Assembly (NCBI GenBank): GCA_025603075.1
Contig: MU626429.1
Span: 1-41,574 of the forward strand
DNA from: Neoconidiobolus thromboides FSU 785
Taxonomy: Eukaryota > Fungi > Entomophthoromycota
Direction of reading: 5' to 3'
Length of the DNA: 41,574 bases
Of the stretch, positions 32,649 through 41,574 are shown piece by piece (position 1 is the stretch's first letter; each line of letters opens with the position of its first letter). The translations under genes and the position numbers were made by a program. Under the pieces are notes generated by a model. The model was not told the origin of the DNA, ran no database searches, and worked only from the letters and a program-made list of their open reading frames with translations.

Positions 32649-35304
32649 AGTGTTATTTTATGGTAACAAATGAAAGATGCCTTTTTTATTTTGACACAGC
32701 TATTACAATTTTTTTGAAACTTTTTTAGTAGTAGCTTTAGTAACTAAATTATAAAGTATTTTCTAAAGTAGTTTAACCTTTTAAGTAGATCTGTTCTGGT
32801 AAAGCTATAGAGTTTTATAGCTTAATTTGTTTATAGAAAAATTGACTTATTTTTAGATAAAAATATTTGCTGTTATAATCAATGACTTTCAAATCAATTT
32901 TAGCCCAAAAAAATTACTTATTTAGAAAATACCCTTCTATATTGGTATAACTGATAATTTTAAAGCCTGTTCAATATATTTTTGCCAAATTTTAATTTAA
33001 TTGTTCTCTTAATAAACTACTGTATTAATAGGTCACCAAAGAATAGCAGCAGTTTTATTTATTTGATTATTTTGCAAATTTTAAGCTACCTAAAAATGAA
33101 CAAGCCATTTAGCCAAAAAAGACATCCCGAATTTCAATTGACATCCCTAGCTCTAACTACATTCTAATGTTATTTAAATACAGTAAAGCTGGAAACTTTT
33201 TTGGTTTCATTTGAAATGATATCATTCATTTACTTCTTTTTATTTTATTTAGAAGCTTATCCTTCAAAACCTTAGCTATTAGGATCAAAATATAATAAAG
33301 GTAAGGTATAAAATTAAAATTTATTGATAATATCATAAATAATGTGATTGCCATAAGATAAATTCTCGAATTACCTATATAAGTAATAAACAAATAAATA
33401 AATAAATAAAGTGGATAAGCGTGTGAACGTTATTGCGATTATAATAATGGTTTTTGTGATGGGTGTAGCTATTTGGCTAAAGCATTTTAGATCAAAGAAG
33501 GACCTAGTTTAAAATACAAATATTCGAGTCAAGTAGATGTGGCAAGTATGCAATAAATTGGCATATATATTGACCTATATTAATCCAATATTTAATCATC
33601 AAAGTATGTAAACATATCATTCAGTATATTATTGATGTTATAATTATTTTGACTGTCGAAGGGGCGATAAAAGATTGAATGTCAAATAAAACTAATCTAA
33701 ATGATGGTTAAATTCCTTATTATAGTCTTTTTTCTCGTCCCATCACTTTTATATCTTTTTCCATGTTTTTTAGTTATACAATCTTAAACTTTTATAAGAC
33801 TTTAATATTTATAAAAAGTAACATAAGCTAATTGTGATAGTCTAGAGCTAAAATGAAGATCGAGTGTTGGTTGATGTTTGATATTTAAAAACAAAGTATC
33901 CTTTTGACTTAATATTTTATGTTTAAGAAGGCAAACCAATACTAAACAATGGTTAATATATAGCATTAATATATTAAAGTAACATTTGGTATTATGTATT
34001 TAATTCTAAAATTGATATAAAAGTAAATCCAAATAGCAATCGGATCATTATTCAATATTACTTGTGGTGGCATTTTCGCTTTTATTACATACTTATGAAA
34101 TATAGAGCTTCTCTTTTATTTATAGAAATCAATGGCTGTTGTTTAAGCATTATAGTTTAACAGTATCCTTTATTCTTTTACTTAAGCTATCACTCACATA
34201 ACTCATAAGTTTTTCAATAAAATAAAGTGCCTTATTTATAATATTTCATCAAAGGTAATTAAAATATTAATTTCTAAATTTGTTATTGATAGTTATTTAT
34301 AATTAAAAAAACAAGGGCGAAATGGCCAACAACAGTGGTTGTATTAAGATATAGATTAAAGTTCTTTGTAATAAAATAGTTCAGACTGGGTTAAAAATCA
34401 AGTTTCAAAAGAGTAATAAAGACTTAATCACAGAAGAAATTAAGGGGTGAAAACATAATCAAAAAATAAACCAAAATTATGAGTTAGTTTAAAATTCGGT
34501 TCAATTTTTGTCTAATTTAGACTTTTAGCAAAAATTGCAAACGAGGAGCAGAATGCTGCAAAAAAATTGCTTTTTTGCTTAATTTTGAAATTACTATTAA
34601 AGTGTTTTTTGTCTAGTTTTGCTTAATAATTTTTTAAATTTTTATGTTACACAAGAAATGAACAAAAAAAATTCATTTTTAATTTTAACTGAAATTCTGA
34701 AATTACCTATATAGAATCTTTAGGTATAGACAATGCTATAATATATATATTAAAATCATAAATATAGTATTTAAAAATGTTCTGATTATGTAAAACCTTT
34801 AATGCTTAGTTTTTTGGCTTAAGAAGGACAGAGTTTACTGTTTTGGGGCCAATCAAAAAATTGAATCAAAATCAATTGAAACAAGAAAAGAAACAATATT
34901 AAACTATATTTAACTTCCCATTGTTCCCTTGTTTGTTAAATTATTTGAAAAAAACGAAAATTAAACGTAAGTTTCAATATATGCAAGATAATTCATATAT
35001 TACAGGACACTTCATATTTATATAAAAATAATTAGCTGCTTCCAAAGAGGCAGGATTCTAGTAAGAGATTAAGTAAGCATAATCTAGAGTTTTACTGGAT
35101 TATTGTATATACTAAAAAAATAAAAGTAACATTTTGTTTTGTTATATACAGTATACTATAATACTTGTAAATAGAATCATATGATTTTCGGATTAGGTTT
35201 AATTTAACATTATTATAATCTTAATTTGAGAAAACCATGACTATAGTGCATATTTATCTAACCAGATATCCTTTAGGTGCGAATTTCAGAGGGAATACGT
35301 CTAA

Positions 35305-36417
35305 ATGGGTAGGAAGTACAAGAATAAAAACATTACTAAAAATAGTATTGAGTTGCAAAAAATACTGCCTGGAAAGTTAATACCGGTCAAGCAGACAATA
35401 AATAAACTAGATGAGCCTCCAGGTTATAAAGTATATCTAATACCAGATGGTTATCAGCCCTACCTATTGCCTTCTGGTACTTTGAGTAACGATGATATTA
35501 ATATCAGTGATATTAATAATTATACAAACACTCAAGTGGAGAAAGACAATGAAATAACAAGAGGGTTGATGAACAAAGAAAAAATACCAAGGCCTTTAAA
35601 CTCATTTTTGATTTATCGAAAACACAAGTCCATTGAAGTAAAAAAAGAGAACCCAGAATTAAATAACCAAATGATATCTAAAATCGTTGGTAAATTATGG
35701 AATAACGAGCTAGATTCTGTTAAAAAACACTATCATTCTCTAGCAAATGATTTAAAGAAAAAGCATAGTTTAATGTTTCCTAATTATAAATTTTGTCCTA
35801 AAAGAAATATACCTCGGTTTAAACAAGGGAATAATGTAATAGATAATACTGGTGGGTCATATACTGCAGATTATAGTAATAATACCAATAATAGCGATGC
35901 AAGCATCAGCACAAGTTTCTTCAACAATAATAATATTCAACTTAACAATGAAAACACAAATATGAACTCATTCAATGACGCTAATACACCCTTTAATGAC
36001 AAAAGTACGAACACGAGTTCTTTTAATACTACTAGTATTCCTCCAAATAACAGAAGCATCCTCGTTGATAAAAATCTAAATACATTTCCTGAGTTATCTA
36101 GTAGCTTCTCTAATATACTATCAGAAAGCATCAACAAATCAAGTTATCCTAGTAATTTTGAATCATATGCGATCCACCCAAGTATAGCATTAAATAATTT
36201 AATTTCTGCTTCGATGAATCATTCCATTTCATTAAATAACAGTTTAATCCCTGTCCCGACAAATACTGATATTTCGTTAAACAATGACCTATACAATATG
36301 AATTGGGGTTACGATATTGAGAAGCCAGCATCAATTGTATATAATTATCCACAGTATCTACAAAATTTACAGTATGATAAGGATAATCGACATATTCAGC
36401 ATTTTTCTTATTTTTAA
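35305..36417 (+). CDS. Single HMG-box transcription factor (MATA_HMG/SOX-like, 370 aa, intronless)
   Basis: KIPRPLNSFLIYRK..NPELNNQMISKIVGKLWNNE..KKHY..LA...KKKH...FPNYKFCPKR, followed by an N/S-rich tail. Confidence 0.92.
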   Translation: MGRKYKNKNITKNSIELQKILPGKLIPVKQTINKLDEPPGYKVYLIPDGYQPYLLPSGTLSNDDINISDINNYTNTQVEKDNEITRGLMNKEKIPRPLNSFLIYRKHKSIEVKKENPELNNQMISKIVGKLWNNELDSVKKHYHSLANDLKKKHSLMFPNYKFCPKRNIPRFKQGNNVIDNTGGSYTADYSNNTNNSDASISTSFFNNNNIQLNNENTNMNSFNDANTPFNDKSTNTSSFNTTSIPPNNRSILVDKNLNTFPELSSSFSNILSESINKSSYPSNFESYAIHPSIALNNLISASMNHSISLNNSLIPVPTNTDISLNNDLYNMNWGYDIEKPASIVYNYPQYLQNLQYDKDNRHIQHFSYF

Positions 36418-37089
36418 GCAATTATTATATTTATGAATTTTTATTAAAGTTATCATTTTATCATGAAATTATTACTAGCTTAATGTTTATTTTTTTGCTA
36501 TTTTATTATGATATTGTTTTTAAACACATGTTTATTATCTTTCAAATTTTGTATTTTTTATATATCACTAGCCTGTTATTTAGCTACGCTTAACCCCGCT
36601 TCTATTTTATATAATTCCATTATGCTTTTACTAAAAATTACCTTATTTATTATTATCTTCATCATAAAATATGGTTTGACTATTACTTCTCAACTTTACT
36701 AAAACAATTTACGTTAGCACATATTTAAATGGATAATTTGCCTACTTCATATAAAGTATATATAAAATTTTAAAAAAGTTTATAATCAAATGCACATTTC
36801 TTGTACTGATCTCTATACTTTAACAAAACTGACTATACCTATGAGATTTTCAAGGCCAGAATAGTAGAAACTAGCACTTGTTGAGGATTTTGTACATCTT
36901 AATAAAGTAAAAACACTCAACAAAAATATACGATTAACTAAAAAGATAATCTTTATTAAAAACAAAAACTTAATCATTTATAATAATGTCATTTACCAGC
37001 ATTATGTTAAATATTAGAGTATATAAACTAAAACAGTTAAGGTTTTCTCTTTTATATCGTATAAATAAAATATATTTACCTTCTAGAAA

Positions 37090-38340
37090 ACTTTAAAAGA
37101 GGTGACTTTGCCTTGTATAGAGATCAAGTTTTGGCTGGATTTAATTAATAGCAACACCTTATTTACCATATCAGTTCCTAAAGTGTTTTATTAGCTTAGA
37201 ATTATATATTCTAACCCTAAAGCTACAATGTGCTCAATTGCCTTGTTAAAAACAGGAAGTCATACTATTTCTTATGTTTATGACATCTAGCTTATTATTA
37301 AGTCAGGGCATATGAGATTCAGTAATATATAGCACTAAAGCGTCAAAATATAACTTTTAATTAAGAACCTAGCGTGGGTAAGTTTCTCGTTCTTTTCTGA
37401 TTCCAATATACAGATTAAGCTAATACAGAAAACGGTGGCAGTACCAGCTTTCGTTGCCTCTTGATATACTACAGGACGTTTAAAAAAGGCGATGATAGTT
37501 TAGTATCCATTAGTCGTATATTAAAGAGCCAATTTATTTTCATATGATGGATACATAATTTATTATGCATCTATTTACAAAGAAACACAAGCGGAAACCA
37601 GGTAGTAAAAACCAGATAGGGAGTGTGTAATATATACTTATATAATGTTATTTTTAATTCCGAAACACTAAGTAATCTTTGGCTTCCTAAATTTTAAATT
37701 TAATAATTTTTTAAAATTTAGGATGGAATCAGCATAGGAATAGCGATAAATAGATTTATAATAGATTTATCCTTTTACATGTAATTTTTTAATTCATTTG
37801 AATGTCTTCTTTGCTATTTATTACATTTGTTTGTACATTTTCTAACTAAAACTTAAATCCAAATTCTTTATATTAGTAAAGATTCAACTATTAGACATAT
37901 TATCCTTTCCCTTATTCAACTCTTTTTTCAACCTGTTTTTTCTTTCTGTCATTGATTCCTCTTCATCTGTTCTTTGGATCATTCACCATCAATATTGTAA
38001 ATCGGTATTTGGATCCCAGTTGGTTCTACTTCTACTTTGATATATATTTTTAAGAGGAAATTCTTTCTGGAATGAATTTTTCTTTTCTATTCAAATAAAA
38101 TAATCCAAAACAGGAAAAGAAAAATTAAAGAATGATTCTTTTGGTTCACCAATACCTGCAGGAGAAACGGTTTAACAGCCTTTTGAATTTATTTATTAAG
38201 TATATTAATCAACTCTGCCTTCAACACATAATCTTTTTAAAAATCAAATCCTTTATTAAAATTAGTTCTGCTTTCGATTGAAAGCACAGGATCTAAAGAT
38301 TTAATGGTTTTAAATACTCTGACTATAATTTTGTGATTAA
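37090..38340 (-). pseudogene. Possible decayed coding relic, identity unknown
   Basis: Minus-strand stretches such as VRVFKTIKSLDPVLSIESRTNFNKGFDF* and LPVFNKAIEHIVALGLEYIILS**NTLGTDMVNKVLLLIK, with stops and frameshifts. No recognisable motif. Confidence 0.3.
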
Positions 38341-38529
38341 TATTATTACTAACTCAGTCTATGCTTTTAATATATAATATACTAAAAGCAATATAAGAAT
38401 ATTTAATTAGCTTTTTTGAATTATGTAATTTACTAATTAGATATCAACCAATAAAGTAATGTTATATAGTTTCACATAAAAACCAAATTAAGAAATCATG
38501 TTAGCTTTAAATGATGGTACTTGCTTTTA

Positions 38530-39344
38530 ATAAACTTGGTCAATTAAGATTACATGGATTTATGGTCTATTTGAATGATTTTATGCAAACAAATAATTTA
38601 CTTTTAGCAAGCTTCTGTGAATAGGAAAAATTCACTAGACCAAAGCTTAGATGCTTTTTTTGCTAAGGATTCAGTTCAAATTATGAGTTATGAAGAAGCT
38701 TTAGAAAAATAAGAAGGGCATGAGAATCATTGTATTAAATATGATGATTCAGATACATAAGACAAAAGCGGTATGCTTCCACCTTTGATTCATAATGATA
38801 AAGATTATTACCTTGAAGAAAGTTGTGACAATGATGCTTTGATAACCGATTTTCTTGGACTTTTAAGATATACAAATCATTTTCGCTGTTGCTCTAAGAC
38901 TAGCCTAATTAGATTTGGAGATGAACTCAAAGCTCCAAAGATATATCATAGTCATGAAGAAATCAATATAAAAGAAATTGATGAAAAGATAGGATGTAGC
39001 TTATTTTACGATGCTTTAAATTTAAAATCGGGGTTTTATTATTTTAAAAAAAGCTCATTCAAGTTATTATTTCGACACACAAAAATTCGACTGCTGTAAA
39101 AATTATAATCAAGAACTGCTTAATCGATCCCTTTGTTAGTATAAATATTAAATTAATTGATAGGAAAGCAGTCAAACTTGGTTTTAACGAGAACTATGAA
39201 TTTATATATAATCCAGAGCTATTTAAGTTTAAAATTAAAGTTTTTTCAGTTGTACCTTATTGCCCTCATGGATATACTGTAATAAGTTCTATAGCACAAA
39301 ATATAGATTATTATTTGATCTCATCTATGGCAAATCTATGCTAA
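38530..39344 (+). pseudogene. Relic ORF (~270 codons) including ORF 38773-39099
   Basis: Protein-like frame interrupted by TAG 38622, TAA 38710, TAA 38758 and two single-base shifts at homopolymer runs (T7 at 38655-38661, A7 near 39044-39050). Confidence 0.5.
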
Positions 39345-39712
39345 TAAAAATAATTTCATTAGCTTATCCTATTTCCAAAATTCATCATATTACTGATTAA
39401 TAACTATAACAGTATCTATTTTAACACTTATTCATTTAGTATAATTCAAGATAAAATTTTATCCACTTAGTGTTTTTGCTGTTTGACAATGGATTTAAAT
39501 ACGCTATTGAATTTATTAACCCTTTGTAACCTTTTTTAATTTTAAAAATATCATTATGTTCAGTATTAAAAAATAATTAAAAACTTTGAAGTTTTCGAAT
39601 AGTATGCTTATCTATTTAACAGTCTGGAAAAAAATTGAGCTCAGGAAAAAGATCAGTAGTCGTGTCTATCTTGACTAAAAACACATTCACAATAAATAGT
39701 AAATATATATAT

Positions 39713-39809
39713 GGGAATGTTTTTTTGACTTTATCATTTTTTCCGTTTTTTAAGCGCTCTATTTAAGCGAAAAATTCGTTAAAATTCTTAAACACAAAAA
39801 TATATCCCC
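39713..39809 (-). mobile_element. ~98-bp MITE, copy 11
   Basis: Family core, flanks ATAT/GTAT. Confidence 0.87.
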
Positions 39810-39934
39810 GTATACTACTGGGCACATATATTACATAAATCTATTTTTCTTACTGGATTTTTAAAATCGTTAGGTATGTACCTAAATATTGACCTAGCTA
39901 ACACTTCATTTTTAAATTATTAAAATGTTTACTG

Positions 39935-40399
39935 TGTAAAATATCGCTTTATCAGCTCTATGATTGACTATAATACAACAATTACTTAAGTTGTTGTGTC
40001 CTCGAGTTCAGAGACAATCAACCCCAAACTCTTATTTTGGTTTACTATGACAGTTTCTCTCGTATAATTCTGAAGGGCATTATCCTGCCGTTTTGATATT
40101 CAACTCGTTGAGGTATAAAAAATATTCTGAAACATAGTAACTCGAAGCTTTCTAACTGAATTATTCCCTGATATCTTGTGCATTTAATAAAGCTACTAAA
40201 TCTTTTTGATAATATTTTACATAGATTTTACATTAGTATTGTCTATTCTATTTGTTTTACATAGTCTTTAGCATATTACTTGCTATTCTTCATAATTCAA
40301 GTCTACATTAGTCACATAAACTAAGATCTTTCAACTTACGGTATAGTCAACCAAGCAGTGTTTGTTTTTGACTCTAATCGCTGAGTACCAGATTTCACA
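39935..40399 (-). mobile_element. Solo-LTR-like repeat, copy C (465 bp)
   Basis: Minus strand TGTGAAATCT...GATATTTTACA. Homologous to copies A, B and D along its length. No TSD recognisable. Confidence 0.75.
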
Positions 40400-40790
40400 T
40401 GATTATTAAAGATATTTAATTTAAGTTATTTTATTTATTTAAGATTAATATTTGGTATAAAATTACTGTAATAATAATATCTATTAATAAAAATAAATTT
40501 TAAATATTATTTATATAAAAAAGCTTAAAACTATTGATTCTTATTAATATTTCTATTGGTAATTATAATTACAACTATATAGATACTTTTATGTTTTTTA
40601 ATAAATTTTAGTACTAATTTATTATGTTGTAATCTCATCTATATTTTTATATTTTTAATTTATAAGATAATGTAATTTAGGCTTACACGTTTAATTAGTA
40701 ATGAAATTAGTTTAATTCCTAATATTGTAACATTTTATAAAAAGCATCACAAATATAGATACATTTATAAAGGTACCAAAAATACAATAT

Positions 40791-40889
40791 GGGAATGTAT
40801 TTTTGTTTTTAAGAATTTCACTAACAAATTTTCCGCTCAAATAGCGCTTAAAAGATGGAAAAAATCCTCAAGCTAAAAAAAACATCCCC
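40791..40889 (+). mobile_element. ~98-bp MITE, copy 12
   Basis: Family core, ATAT/ATAT flanks. Confidence 0.9.
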
Positions 40890-40949
40890 ATATACTTCAC
40901 ACAGTTAAGCAAGTTGGCGGTAATAATTTTAAAATTAATTTAAATATCC

Positions 40950-41046
40950 AGGGATGTTTTTTGTGTTTAGGAGTTTTACTAACAATCTTTCTACTCAAAT
41001 AGCGCTTAAAAAATGGAAAAATAATGAAATCAAAAAAAGCATCCCC
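40950..41046 (+). mobile_element. ~98-bp MITE, copy 13
   Basis: AGGGATGT...GCATCCCC with an exact non-palindromic 4-bp TSD, ATCC/ATCC. Confidence 0.9.
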
Positions 41047-41269
41047 ATCCTTTAAGATCTACATGGGAATTTTAAAGCCAGTGGCAGAAACACTCAATAG
41101 CATCACTATTAATAAAGATCAATGTATTAGCTATTTAAAGTCAAGCTTATTAAAAATAAGCAAAAACAAAAAATAGTTTTATAATTTAAAAAATGTTTAT
41201 AAACTCTATAGAGCTCGCATAAGCACTAATGTAAGCGCTATAGAAGCATTTAATAACAGCTTTTAATAG

Positions 41270-41574
41270 TGTGAAATATCGCTTTGTCAGTCCCATGGTT
41301 AATTATTTTGATTTGTTATGAGAATTTCTAGTTCCACCCAAAAGAATATTATCTTCTCATTTTGATACTTATACTTTTCAGAGTATAAAAGAGTTTACAG
41401 AGTATAATAGCTCAAGGCTTTTTAACTGAATTATTCCCTGATATCTCGAACATTTAATAAAGTCACTAAGTTTTCTTAATAGTATTTTACGTAGATTTTA
41501 CATTAATATTGTCTATTCTATTTGTCTTATATAGTTTGTAACCTATTACGTGCTATTCCTCATAATCCAAGTCT
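41270..41574 (-). mobile_element. Solo-LTR-like repeat, copy D (cut by window end)
   Basis: Begins TGTGAAATATCGC on the + strand (the element's 3' end). Near-identical to copy A apart from a ~60-bp deletion. Confidence 0.75.

Noticed and set aside
511-41046. Recurrent ~100-bp repeat as CRISPR array, tRNA/SINE or ncRNA
   Set aside because: Copies are dispersed in both orientations with TIRs and TSDs. No spacers, cloverleaf or A/B boxes were seen.

Overview
Very AT-rich, intron-rich eukaryotic DNA (introns mostly 44-60 nt, GT-AG), evidently fungal. An early-diverging lineage such as Zoopagomycota/Entomophthorales is inferred from base composition and gene content, not proven. Intact genes: two tandem Zn2Cys6 transcription factors, DPH2, two secreted BPTI/Kunitz inhibitors missed by the ORF track, a multi-exon TPR protein, a divergent tRNA nucleotidyltransferase (CCA1 family), a SET/Rubisco-LSMT-type protein, a PhnP-like metallo-beta-lactamase-fold hydrolase, an SDR, a secreted bacillopeptidase-F-like subtilisin and an HMG-box factor. 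Between them lie 13 copies of a ~98-bp MITE with 4-bp TSDs, four solo-LTR-like TG...CA repeats at the two window ends, three F-box/LRR-like pseudogene copies and several relic reading frames broken by stops that C-to-T changes could explain. Best leads: (1) an intact CCA-family enzyme whose A-addition loop and nucleotide-templating EDxxR motif are both rewritten; (2) a pair of non-canonical secreted Kunitz proteins; (3) a Sola-like MITE whose TSD can be read from empty sites inside the window; (4) transition-only repeat decay. All splicing and alignments were done by hand without database searches.
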